A stretch of DNA of 35,087 nucleotides from Octopus bimaculoides (lineage: Eukaryota), in the NCBI RefSeq assembly GCF_001194135.2, contig NC_068998.1, forward strand, positions 23,049,226 through 23,084,312, given 5' to 3'. Of this stretch, positions 1-12,002 are shown in pieces. Below the pieces are notes generated by a model. It ran no database searches. It was given only the letters and a program-made list of their open reading frames with translations, and was not told the origin of the DNA. How positions within the stretch are numbered: the first letter of the stretch is position 1; each line of letters starts with the position of its first letter. Made by a program: the position numbers and the translations under genes.

Positions 1-553
1 TATGTATATATATATGTGTGTGTGTGTATGTATATGTATTTACCAACGTATATATTATACACATAGAAAGAGTGAGAGACACATCTGTGAAATATATTGT
101 ATTGATTATATTGAATATATTTTGATGCTGAGAAAACAGTTTACGGTATTTTCTAAGCTGTAAGGTTTGCTATAATATGTGAAGCGATTTTATGTAAATT
201 GCACAGCACGTTACTGCAAAATCTTAATTTCGTATAGCTAACGACACAGTTCATATTCTAACATCAATATGTCATCACGGAGCACAAAAGAATCATTGAA
301 GTAAAATAACGTTGCACATGAGATTAGAGAGAGCCTCAGCTTTATTTGACACTTGTCAGAGGTTGTGATGCTTAAAGCATGACATGTTTCTTTTTTTTGG
401 TATATCTGCAGAATGTATGAACTAATTATAAAACGAACATTTAGATATGAAAACGACAATTACGTTTAGTGATTAATATAAATTGACTAAGGTATGTGCA
501 CATTTAAAAAAACTGGCTAAATATGTCAAAATTACTCTAAATCAGATGTATAT

Positions 554-665
554 ATGTGTGTGTGTGAGTGTGTGTGTGTGCGTGTACGTGTGTGTGTTTA
601 CGTGTGTGTGTGTGTGTCTGTGTGTGTGTGTTTACGTGTGAGTGTTTGTGTGTGTGTGTGTGTGA
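554..665. repeat. Interrupted (TG)n microsatellite
   Basis: Direct read; representative of many similar tracts (6160-6234, 8375-8485, 21885-21917, 22075-22160, 26731-26970, 28530-28770, 31040-31110, 31823-31892, 33104-33330). Confidence 0.95.
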
Positions 666-1024
666 ATGCTACATACGTCAGACAACGCTAAAACAAGCTA
701 AGGACTGAGTATGTGGATGGTGATAGGAGAGAAGAGAACCTGATATCTCTGTTTAAGTAGAATGAAATATTTACAAGTGATCTGATATGTTTCCGCTGCA
801 AAAGAAGTATCGCATCCATCGCTATTTAAAATTTAAGTCGGTTGCTGTGTTGCATAATCAGTGACACTAGAAGATTTCGGTTAGAGAGTAGATGTTTGTA
901 TGTGTATGTATGTACGCGCATGCATGTGAGTGTGTGTAATTGTATACGTCTGTGTGTGTGGGGTATGTTAGAAAGAACTGTTGATGTAACAAATTAATGT
1001 ATTTAATAAATAGAATGAGTAGTG

Positions 1025-1140
1025 CTTATGGAGAACCGGGAAAATTCCTTTGCTATTTTCCATGCTTTCTATTCCGCTTCGAAATTCTGACGAAGTCGAA
1101 TATGCTTTACCTCCTATAATTTCTGATAAATATCAATTTC
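1025..1140 (+). mobile_element. Highly decayed SINE family B fragment
   Basis: GCTATTTT...AAATTCTGACGAAGTCGAATATGCTTTACCTCC...GATAAA resembles the recalled family B body (AAATTCCGCCGAGGTCGACTTTGCCTTTCATCC...GATAAA). Confidence 0.4.
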
Positions 1141-2116
1141 CGATAAAAATCTACGAGAAATGATGATCCCTCAGATATTTCATATTGCAGTATTTATTCA
1201 GTCCTGTACTCTGTGGTTTTCCTGGATCAATATTCTTAAAAAGTACGTCCTTGCAGGGCACCGCATCAGTGCTATACAATAATTAGGAAATATTTTCAAA
1301 CCCAATTGTCCCATACGTTATCTTAAATGAAATTGCTGTATTTATATTTTGAATCATTTCTAAATTAAAACCCATCTTGTTAGTTTTAATTGTTCGCTAC
1401 ATGTCAAATTCAAGTTAATTCAAAACATTGAAGAATTATCGTCTCCACGCTGTTGCATAGTTAGTGATTTATAGCTTGTTCCAAATTAACCAGTACTAAC
1501 TTTCCCTGCGTATTTCAGATATGCTTCATTAATTAACAGATTTTAAACAATTTATCTTTTACACTTCTTTAATTTCAGGTAAATAGCATAATTAATATTA
1601 GCATTTCCAATCTTCACTTATTTTTAATTGATACTTTCTATATAATTAACTCTGTACGTGACATTGTGATACCATGGTCCTTGTGCATTTATGTTATACG
1701 ATGTTTTCTTACATATATATTTAATTTATATATTCTTTAACGTTAATCCAATATTTACGATCTATTATTCAATCCACTTAAAATGTTTTGCCAAGTTATT
1801 TACATATGCTACATACCATGCTCCAACAATATTCATGGCAATTTCACAAATAGCTTTTGCCACTTCCGAAAGATATGTATACATACATATAGACATACAT
1901 GCACGCACACAGATATATAGATATATATATATATATATATATATNNNNNNNNNNNNNNNNNNNNNNNNNNNNNNNNNNNNNNNNNNNNNNNNNNNNNNNN
2001 NNNNNNNNNNNNNNNNNNNNNNNNNNNNNNNNNNNNNNNNNNNNNNNNNNNNNNNNNNNNNNNNNNNNNNNNNNNNNNNNNNNNNNNNNNNNNNNNNNNN
2101 NNNNNNNNNNNNNNNN

Positions 2117-2152
<36 letters not shown>

Positions 2153-2599
2153 GTGTGTTTCACAAAGAGAGGAAGTTCGATTATCTCCACGAGGTGAGTT
2201 GCAATGCAAAAAATACATATAAAATATAAGACAGAAAATGCACACACTATATATAGCGTTAATATAACTTTTAATATAATTTGTATTGTATTATTTGTCG
2301 ACCGATTTCCCTTTCACTTATCGTGAAATTTAAATGATTGTAATTTCTATTTTCTTAAGATTTTAGTCCATGTTGTGTGAGGAAGAGTTTAGGAATGAAA
2401 AATTCAACAAGTAGTGAAATGTAAGGGAAAGTAATTGGTGATCGTTATTAATGGGGTTAGGGAAAGTAATTATTCCTCTTTCGAGAAAGGGATAAATATA
2501 CACAAAACTCAAAAGCTATAGTTTTGAACAGAGATGTGTTCAGCGATGGGTATATGATAATGAATTAAAATATACATTGATATTAAAGTTGGTTATGCG

Positions 2600-4712
2600 T
2601 TCATAGTTAGACGTCTTCTGAATTTTTCGATGAACAACTTTTTTTTTATTTTTGTATAGAAGTTGTTCCTTTGGACCGGTAGATGGGGGCAAATCTGAAG
2701 TTTGGTTGGAAATTACCTGCACATCTGTTTATATGTGCACTGAAGAGATTCTTCTGTGTTACGGGAACCGGATCTGGTCCTTATCTCGTGTGGACTTGTC
2801 TGTCCTATATAGTTATCTCCACAAATTGAGTAAGTTTTGACATATATCAGATTCTCGGAAACACAAGCGAAGTTGGTTTAATATGGTTTTAACTGTAAAC
2901 CTCTCTCCTTGTTTGAATAGCAATTCCAAATCTTCTGGTAGGTTGGAGCATATTTTAAAGCGTTGGTGTCCACAACTTTTAACCGTTGGTTTCATGGTTG
3001 TTGTGTAGAGCTACATATTTATTAGAAGTCTTTTTAGCGACTTATGTTACGTTTTATTTTTCAGGAATTTAAGTGTTTTCAGAATGTTGTTACTTTTGGA
3101 TCTTTAGTGAGCATAGTTAGATTGTGTGCAAATTTGTGTATACCTTGTTACCCTTAGTGATTTACTGTATAATTTCTTAGCACGCTTAATTCCATAGTCT
3201 ATAATTGAGGGTGGATATTGTCTCTCATTGCTTTTCTGAGATCTTGATGACGAAGGTCCCGGGTATTTCTCTCATACACTATAGTATAAATCCTTTTCGC
3301 TAAATTAAATGTATTATTTTTTGGATGTGTTTCGGGTGGCAGGAGCTAAACAGGAGACATTGCTTCGACTCCGTTGGTTTAGGTTAAATGTCAGTTATAA
3401 TTTAGTTGTTGACTTTTTATCATAATATCCAAGAAAGAGATTTCTTCTTTACTATATTCCATTGTGAATTGAATGTAAGAGTTTATGTTATTTAGTATGG
3501 GTTTGAATTCCAAAGGTTTATCAATGTTCTACCAAATGACAAAGTAGTAATCCAGGTACATTTTTTCAGTTCCTTCTTATATAAAGGTGAAATGGATATC
3601 CATATTTTCGCAGTGACTCTTCATATATGAAAAATTCAAAGTAACCTGTTATTAGATTCACAAGAACAGGGGCTGCTTTCGTTCCCATCGCAATTCTGCA
3701 TTTTTGACGATAGATGATGTCGTCAAAGAAGACATAATTTTTCTGACGTATAAAATTTAGAGATTCAATAATAAAACCTGATTTATGCGTTCTGGACGTT
3801 CATCGGAATACTTTTTGCAACAAGAATATTATTGCTTCTATTCCATAGTCACGTGGGATGTTGGTGTAAAGATTAATAATACCGAAGAAAACCAACAATG
3901 CCTCTTCATTAGTTGTTTCTAGTAGGTGCTCCAGCATATCTAGGTCGTGTTTAATGAAACTTTTGATGTATTTCAGCAAAGGTTTCCTTAAGAGGCCTAG
4001 AAAATTGCTTAAGCAGTAGGTTTCACAGGCTGGGCCAGCTATAATGGGTCTTAACTTTAAGTCTTCTGGCGCCTGGTATATTTATGTGATTTCTTCCGGG
4101 CTTCATTAACTATCTTGCTCTTGTGTATTTTACGTAGGCCGTAAAAAAGACAAGGTTTACATTTAACGTTCGTGATATAATCTATTACTTTTTTTTCTGC
4201 CAGGCCTTTTCCATGTAGAAGTATTAAGGATGCAAGGTTTTTCATTGTTTTTTTGTTGGTTATAATTTACAACATTTTAGTAGAAGGCATCGTTTTCTAG
4301 CATAGATAATACTATGTTTTTGTAGTATTCTGTGTCCATCAGGACTACAGCCCTTCTTCTGCCTGCTTCTTTAATTTTCAGTTCTTTGTCGTTCTGATGT
4401 TTTGTTGCAAACAACTTGAGTATGCAAGTGTTATCAGTCCAGAACTCCGCATACTGAAAGCCAGCAAGTGTATGTGATTATTAGGAGAGTCTGCGCGCCT
4501 TTTCGAGGCCTACCTAGATTTTTCCAATCTAGAGTGTTGTTGCTTGAATTAATTTTTCGCTTATGGATAGTATTTAAGAAATTTTGGATGTGGGTTCAGA
4601 AGTCATCTAGTGTTTTATTCTTACGTTTAGGTGGACGTTAATTAATTGTTTTTAACCAGTGATTCGTCCTCCTTGTTGTAGTCAGTCAGTTCTTCGTGAG
4701 GTCGGGGTAAAA
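2600..4712 (-). mobile_element. Penelope-like retroelement (PLE) relic: RT + GIY-YIG endonuclease ORF, heavily frameshifted; 5' end runs into (TA)n and an assembly gap
   Basis: Manual minus-strand translation gives, in order: IKEAG..AVVLMDTEYY (ADKG-type motif, ~4325-4385), CLFYGLRKIHK (~4115-4155), LKLRPIIAGPA (~4027-4063), NLYTNIP (~3855-3874), EISFLDI (~3424-3444), a Cys-containing linker (VKSCGHQRFKIC, ORF 2813-2995) and a terminal KEKLFIEKF-like motif (~2620-2650). This motif order is characteristic of PLE RT followed by GIY-YIG; the YIG core itself is degraded. Confidence 0.88.
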
Positions 4713-4716
4713 TTAT

Positions 4717-4761
<45 letters not shown>

Positions 4762-5109
4762 NNNNNNNNNNNNNNNNNNNNNNNNNNNNNNNNNNNNNNN
4801 NNNNNNNNNNNNNNNNNNNNNNNNNNNNNNNNNNNNNNNNNNNNNNNNNNNNNNNNNNNNNNNNNNNNNNNNNNNNNNNNNNNNNNNNNNNNNNNNNNNN
4901 NNNNNNNNNNNNNNNNNNNNNNNNNNNNNNNNNNNNNNNNNNNNNNNNNNNNNNNNNNNNNNNNNNNNNNNNNNNNNNNNNNNNNNNNNNNNNNNNNNNN
5001 NNNNNNNNNNNNNNNNNNNNNNNNNNNNNNNNNNNNNNNNNNNNNNNNNNNNNNNNNNNNNNNNNNNNNNNNNNNNNNNNNNNNNNNNNNNNNNNNNNNN
5101 NNNNNNNAA

Positions 5110-6120
5110 CATGGAACATAATCATCCAAAAAGTGCCAATCAGGATTTTTTAAATATTGACGCGTCACATTCGGCATTTTTCGTCGCTTTATCAAATAAG
5201 ATAGCTCGGCTGCGGCTCTTTCCGGAGACGATTGGCCATTAGTATTTATGTTTACTTCATCAAATTAACTGGATGATTTAGCGATTCGCTAATGTGTATA
5301 TATAAAATTAACATAAACAGCACTTTGCAATGTTTCACTGAAAAAGATAATTGCAAATGTCACTAAATGTGACTAGGGAGTTAGGAAATACCTACATTGC
5401 TAGAAGCAAAGAGCTAACCCGCTGTAATACAGTAGTTAACGCACATAATAAAACATAAACTAAAAGTGACCACAATCGTCCGAAAAGTGCCGCTCGAGTA
5501 TTCTTAATATCTCCACGTCAGTTTCCGCAATTTTTGTTGCCTCATCACTCAAGATAGCCTCATTGTTCATCTCTTCCCGGATTCGCCTCGCCATTAGTAT
5601 TTATCATAAATATTGTTTTCATTCATACGCGTTAACAACAGTATTAGAGCGGTTTAGCTCTTATTTCTAAAAATATTGGTGTCTCCTAACACGCTAGTGT
5701 TACAAATGTCATTTAGTGGCATTTGTAATTCTCCTTTTGGTGAAATATTATAACCTGCTGTTTGTATTAATTTTATACATACACATTAGCAAATCGCTAA
5801 ATTATCAAATTTGTTTGAATGACGAGAATATGAACATTAATAGTGAAGTGAGACCGGAAATAGCCGAACAGTCGAGCTGTTTTAAATGAAGAGGCATGGG
5901 AAATTGTTGAAACTGACGCCTCAATATTAAGCATTCTCAATCGGAACTGTTCGGATGATTATGGTCACTGTTAGTGTATATGTTTCCATTCATGTGCGTT
6001 AACTACACCATTAGAGAAGTTTAGCGCATGTTTCTAAAAGTGTGTTTCCTATCACTCTACTCATATTTAGTGACATTTGTCTTACAAATTGCTGCTTATA
6101 TTAATTTTATTTATACATAT
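5110..6120. repeat. Foldback array of ~355-367-bp diverged units: one and a half direct units followed by one and a half inverted units
   Basis: CCATTAGTATTTAT recurs at 5236 and 5591. 5272-5322 is the approximate reverse complement of 5756-5806. AAAGAGCTAACCCGCTGTAATACAGTAGTTAACGCACAT (5408-5446) inverts to 5625-5662 and, in part, to 5992-6006. 6010-6120 re-copies 5643-5780. Confidence 0.85.
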
Positions 6121-6386
6121 ATATCTATGTATGTACGTATGTATGTAATATATATATGTAATACACACACACAAACACACACACACACACACACACATAC
6201 ACACACACAAACACACACACACATATATATATATNNNNNNNNNNATTTTTTGTGTATCATCAACAGTTAAAAAAATATGTCGACTTCCAATGTTATTATA
6301 TATTCGGTATTGTTATAATGTTCCGCTACTAAATGTATGTCTAATTTTCTCTTTCATATCAATTACTAAGTTCTGCCAGTTTCAGG

Positions 6387-7895
6387 ATGGCTACTAGAGT
6401 GTGTAAACATTCTCCAGATACATTTCATTATGTGTGTGGTTATTATATTGGAAAAAAAACAGGCATTACATAAGATCGTGAAAGGTGCCATATTGTGGAT
6501 AGCGTACAGACTCTATTTCGGAATGTCCATGTGTGACCAGGACAAACCATAGGCCCGACATGTGCTAGGTGGAAGCTGTCGATCTACTCTAGAAGGATGG
6601 TTAAGAGGTATAGGCAGGTCAATGACTTTTGCCATTCCAATGGTATGGAGAGAGCCAAAGAACCATCACGATGACTGTTACTTTTGTATGATCGATGTGA
6701 CAAAGTACAGAAAAGTGAAAGGAAGAAAGCTCTTCAGTATCCAGACATACCATCATCTAGAGCACCTGTCCCACATGACAGTTTTCGAGTACCACTACCA
6801 CCAGAAAATATTTCATCTGAAGAGTAGTGGCAGCCAAGACATGGAAGAAGCATTCGTACCAAGAACGACTTCGGTTCGTCACTTTCCAAATCAGAGTGAG
6901 TTAGATGATTTAATCAGGGATCTGCGTCTTACTAAGTCATGAGCTGAACTTCTTTCATCAAGGTTGAAGGAATGGAATCTACTGGGGGAAGACTGCAAGG
7001 CATCATCTGTGTACCGGAAACGCCATGAAGAATTTGAAATTTACTATGAAAATATTAATTATCTGTGTTATTGTAAGGATGTGATTGGTTAGTTTACTGC
7101 TATTGGACTCAAGCATGATTCTGCAGAATGGCGACTGTTCATAGATAGCTCAACAGGAACTTTCGAAGCAGTGTTGCTCTACAACGGAAATAAGTATCCT
7201 TCTTTGCCTCTTGCACACTCCTTACAGAAGAAAGAAAATTAAGATAATGTCAAAGAACTTCTCGACGAAATAAATTACGCTGCGTTCAAGTGGGATGTTT
7301 GTGGTGATTTCAAAATGCTTGCCTTCTTGCTTGGCTTGCAAGAAGAATACACAAAGTATTCATGTTCCCTTTGCTTATGGGACAGCAGAGTTGATGATGA
7401 TCATTATAAGAGAGTACATTGGCCTCCACGAGTGGAACTGCAGTCAGGAAAGTTAAATGTTCTCAAACAGCCTCTAGTAGATTCCAACAAAATCTTATTA
7501 CCCCCACTTTATATCAAACTCGGATTGGTAAAAAATCTTTGTGAAGGCCTTAGCTTTTAGACGAGAAATTTTCAAGAAATTTTTATTATGTTTCCAAAGC
7601 TATCTGAGGCTAAGATCAAGGGTAGCATATTTGTTGGGCCCGAAGTAAATGCAATATTAAAGTCGACGAAACTGGAAAGAGCGACGACAAAGTTGAAAAA
7701 GAAGCTTGGTGTACACTTTGTGATGTATTTCGTGGATTCCTAGGAAATCACAAGGATCCCAATTACAAACAGCTGGTAGCAAAGTTTATTGAAAACTTCA
7801 AGAACATGGGTTGTCGTATGTCCTTAAAGGTTAATGTCTTGCACTCTCACCTAGATTTTTTCCCAGAAAACTTGGGTGATGTCAGTGAGGAGCAT
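6387..7895 (+). mobile_element. Decayed DDE transposase gene, most similar to Chapaev3 (CMC) type; 3'-truncated
   Basis: ATG at 6387 gives MATRVCKHSPDTF.YVCG, then CDQDK, FAIPMVWREPKNHHDDCYFC (Chapa Zn-finger-like), NQSELDDLIRDL, EWRLFIDSS (D1), WDVCGDFKM (D2), YTKYSCSLCLWDSR, KILLPPLYIKLGLVK, MGCRMSLKV..LHSHLDFFPENLGDVSEEH (E). Several stops and frameshifts. Family name is from recalled motifs; no TIRs found. Confidence 0.78.
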
Positions 7896-8124
7896 ACATT
7901 GTGTAATAATTGAAATTCATGAAATGAAGAATGTTTGGAAGACCTTTTTTTTTTTTATTCTACAATCCGGACCAAAAACATTCTAAGATATGTCGTACAT
8001 GTCCAAGACATCTCTCAATAGCAAGGATACTTGTAGATCAAATGCAGCGTGGTGATTTAAAGCTTTCTTGCAAAAGGAATAAATCACAAGCAGCGATTTA
8101 AATTTATCTTCCTAGCAACATTAC

Positions 8125-8214
8125 CTCCCAAACGAAGCGAGAGACATTTCTCGAATTCTTATTGTTTTGTGTAGGATTTTTGTTCCTCAAAATACAAGTC
8201 CTTGTTTTCTTGCT
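8125..8214 (-). CDS. Candidate 90-nt phase 0-0 exon, product unknown (SKKTRTCILRNKNPTQNNKNSRNVSRFVWE)
   Basis: Minus strand: gcatttctcctag|AGC...GGGAG|gtaatg; only one frame is open. No homology recognised. Confidence 0.25.
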
Positions 8215-8370
8215 CTAGGAGAAATGCTAATCCAACCAATACTGCTTCTGTTGTGTAGTTAACCTTTGTTCAAGCTGAAAAAGACTTCAAGGTGACACAG
8301 ATCAAGTGTTTATAATTGATAATTGCATTTTTATAACTAGATTCACAATGTGTAAGAAACGTGAAATATG

Positions 8371-8406
<36 letters not shown>

Positions 8407-8442
8407 GACACACACGGACACACACACACACACAGACACGCG

Positions 8443-8486
<44 letters not shown>

Positions 8487-8702
8487 GAAACATTCATAAA
8501 CACAGACTCATATACAAGCACATAAACATGTATAAATATAATTCTGAAGACATAAATTTGACTTGAGAATTGATAGAGACTAATGAATGAACATATCGTC
8601 TCCCTTATCAAATTTAAAAGCAATATATTCTTAATGCTTCTTTTACATGGATAATTCCAACCTGTGTACTGCTGCGTGTCTGTATGTATATATACAATCA
8701 TT

Positions 8703-8746
8703 CATACATACATACATACATACATACATACATACATACATACATA
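8703..8746. repeat. (CATA)n tetranucleotide microsatellite
   Basis: Direct read; lies immediately upstream of the R4-like element. Confidence 0.97.
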
Positions 8747-8944
8747 AACATTCGAAACAAGTCGTTTCGTATTTGGCGTGGGAAACTATTTATCGAAATA
8801 GATGAATACTATCTCCAACTTTGGAGCTTTGTTAAATAACTGGTTAATCTTCAGATGAATTACCTGGGGGAGTCTTTTATTCGCGACCGTAGAAATTTTC
8901 GACTGAAACTTGAATATTCCATACAGAGAATTACAACAAACAAC

Positions 8945-9447
8945 ATGGCTGGACACATCATCAACAGCACACTCGAGGAAGACAACTAAAACAACAGCTC
9001 AACAGGTAAACAATTCTTTCTACATGTAGTTGCAGAAGAAACGGTAACTACAAAACTCATTTCTTTTGGAGTTATAAATTGAATAATGATCTATTTAACT
9101 GCTACAAAAAAATGAAGCAAGCCCTCGCTGTTAGCTATGCGAGTCGTTTGAAATCATATGGAATCGATTTGCATCAAGAATTAAATTATTTATACTTCGA
9201 AACAACTACGCCATAAAGCAACGTTTGTAGAACATAGAAAGAAGGTTAGTCATTGCAACTTTATTAAAAATTCGAAACATATAACTCTATAAACAAAAAC
9301 GAAAACGTAAATGATACAAGACCACCACGTTGTTTCGCAGTTAGCGACATTCCAACGGATTCTATAATGCCTGCCAGCCACAAGTAACTGACCACTGTCC
9401 TCCTACTACGACTATGGTCAATAGCAGGCACAACCGCAAACATTATT

Positions 9448-9491
<44 letters not shown>

Positions 9492-11485
9492 CCGGATTAT
9501 ATGCCGGTAAAATGCGCCCTTAATGAAATTTTCCGAGAAAAAATAACTTTAGCATTAAAGGACTATCTCGAGGAGAGAGAATTATCTACCAAAGTAAGTA
9601 AAAATCCACAAGATACGGTATCAAAAGCTGTTAACGAAATTGGTGATGAGTATTTACAACAGTGTGATGAACCCACATTCTGGCAGATTAGCGCCTGTTT
9701 ATATGCGCTGGCTACAATTGTAAAACAGTACATGACTGATATTCAAAAAGTAAACAAAACCGAAATAACAAAGAAAGTACAATCATGGGTTTTGAAGACA
9801 GAAAATATGATGACTGGTTTACGGAAGACCGTCTGTTATGTGATGATGCGTATTGAATGTAAACAAGAAAATCATTATACGCCTCACCAACAGAAAGTAA
9901 AGAAAGCGATAGAAATGATGTTTGGAGTCAGCAAAAAGGGACACTCACGTGCAAACTGGTTACCCTAAAGCAGGAGCTAAAAGTTGTCAGTGAAAAACTC
10001 CGATATCAGAAGAGAATAACAGATAAAAACAAAATAAACAAAAACTTTAACCACAACCAGCCGGCATTATAAAGAGCAACAAATAGCGCGGAAGCTCCTT
10101 CACGAGAAGAAATAGACTCCTTCTGGAGGAAAATCTAGAGTGAAGAGAAGGAATTTAACCAGTATGCTCTGTGGCTGGAAGAAATCCGAAAAAGTTATTG
10201 CCCCTGCGTTACATCCAAGACATACAGCATTGATGATGAAACTCTTGCAACTGTGATACAGAAACTCAGGGATGAAAAAGTACCTGGAACACACTTGATT
10301 ATTGGATATTGGTGCAAGAAAGCTAAGATTCTACCGACCATACCTTATCCACTTGTACCAGCAAGTTTTCATCGGGAACAGTTGCATACCACACTGTCTA
10401 ACTCTGGCAGAGAAAACATTGATCCCCAATTGCAGAAGCACATACATGGTAAAAAAAAAAAACAATAAAAAAAACTACAAACCAATTGCATGCCAGAAAT
10501 TAATGTATAAGATATATACAGCATAGTTAACCCTTTCCTCCAAGACCATTGTGAAAGCAGTAACGTTATCAAAGCAGAGCAAGCACCTGGGAAGAAGGGA
10601 GTCTGGGAATGTGCCGAGCAATTGCTAATCAATACAACTTTGATGTCAGAGGTGCGAGAGCATAGGAAGAGCCTAGTTTCAATGTGGCTAGACTACAAGA
10701 GAGCCTTTCACTCTGTTCCCTACTCATGGATGCTAGAAGCCGTTCAACTTGCTAAAGTTCCATTGAGAATAGTCAAAGCCATAGCTGGCCTGATTTCATC
10801 GTGAGCCACCGTCTTGAATTTAAACACAAAGAATGACTGTATTATCCCCGATAGAATACAATACCGCAAATGGATATTCCAAGGAGACAGCCGTTCTGTG
10901 TTGTTTATACTTTCTGTAAACTCCTTGTCATTCACTGGTTCACAGGGAAACTGAAATACCAAAATAACACACTGTTCCTTTGTGGATGATTTAAAACTTT
11001 AGGCTAAGAATATGCATGTGATAAAAAATGAGCTTGACCTGGTCACAACATTCTCAAAGGATGTAAGGTTGGAATATAGGAACGATAAATGTTGTTATAT
11101 GGTTGTGAAAATGGGGAAAACTATAAACCAGACTAGTAACATCTCCGACAATGGTTGATTGTTCCCTCTGTATTTGACAAGTAATGTTACAGGTATCTAG
11201 GGGTGGATGAAAATATATGTTACATTGCCACCTGTAGCAAAACACGTGTCACTAAAGAATATTACAGCCGAATAAAGAAATTTTGAACGTCAGAACTGTC
11301 TGTATTCAACAAAACAGTGGCGCACAATGTGTTTCAGTGCCAGTACTCATACCAACACTTGGGCTGCTTGATTGGACGCTTGATGAACTCCGAGTCATTG
11401 ATGTGAAAACCCCAAAAAAAAACTAACAAGCACACATAATTTCCACATAAACTGTGATGAATGTTGCCTGTACTTAAAACGTAAA
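8945..11485 (+). mobile_element. R4/Dong-clade (RLE-type) non-LTR retrotransposon relic: N-terminal region plus RT, endonuclease end missing
   Basis: N-terminal FWSYKLNNDLFNCY and YASRLK motifs (~9060-9150); EIDSFWRKI; YKPIACQ.LMYKIYTA; AEQ..GKKGVW.C.EQLLIN; WLDYKRAFHSVPYSW (~10684); IFQGDS (10874-10891); VDDLK (10982-10996); NK.VAHN.F.VPVL; ID.KT.KKL; LYLKRKQGGR.L (~11450-11480). Typical of single-ORF R4-clade RTs. Many stops and frameshifts. Confidence 0.85.
9448..9491. repeat. (GTA)n trinucleotide microsatellite inside the R4-like ORF region
   Basis: Direct read; translates as the poly-Ser run in ORF 9414-9968. Confidence 0.97.
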
Positions 11486-11940
11486 CAAGGCGGTAGATGC
11501 TTAACATCGATCCAAAAATCATTTGAATGTCACATCATGTACCTTCGGCAACACTGCAGGCTGCTACTGTTTTTGATGATGTATATATGATACCTAAAAT
11601 ACTTCACGCCTTTTACACTTTGTTGATATATGCTTATATACTGTTTTTAGTAATACTATATTTAGTAATGATTCGTTTAAGACATACATTTTGATACTTA
11701 ACAAAGCAATCACCCATCTCTAGGCTTACTTTTATCTTCCTACCATCAAGCAAAATGACATAACGATATCTTATAAATTTTGAATAATTCATTATCAAAT
11801 TGCATTTACACTCAGAATAATCAGAATTGTTTCACAATATGGTTTTCTTCAGGTAGGATTACATCGTACTACATTACTTAGCTGAAAATCTTATTAATTG
11901 CGTCTTCGGTGCATCACGTTTATTTAACAGAAATTCTTAC

Positions 11941-12002
11941 CTATGGTGAGTATAGCTATGTATTTTCGGGAGGTTGTGCCTTTCAGAGATATGGATGTAA
12001 TC
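11941..12002 (-). CDS. Candidate 62-nt exon of an unidentified gene
   Basis: Near-consensus splice sites on minus: cactttattttttcag|GATTAC...CCATAG|gtaaga. Two frames are open (DYIHISERHNLPKIHSYTHH or ITSISLKGTTSRKYIAILTI). Confidence 0.4.

Noticed and set aside
11931-11945. 15-nt neural-type microexon (ttaacag|AAATTCTTACCTATG|gtgagt, TGC upstream)
   Set aside because: Weak pyrimidine tract, and it overlaps better-supported alternatives within the symmetric cassette.
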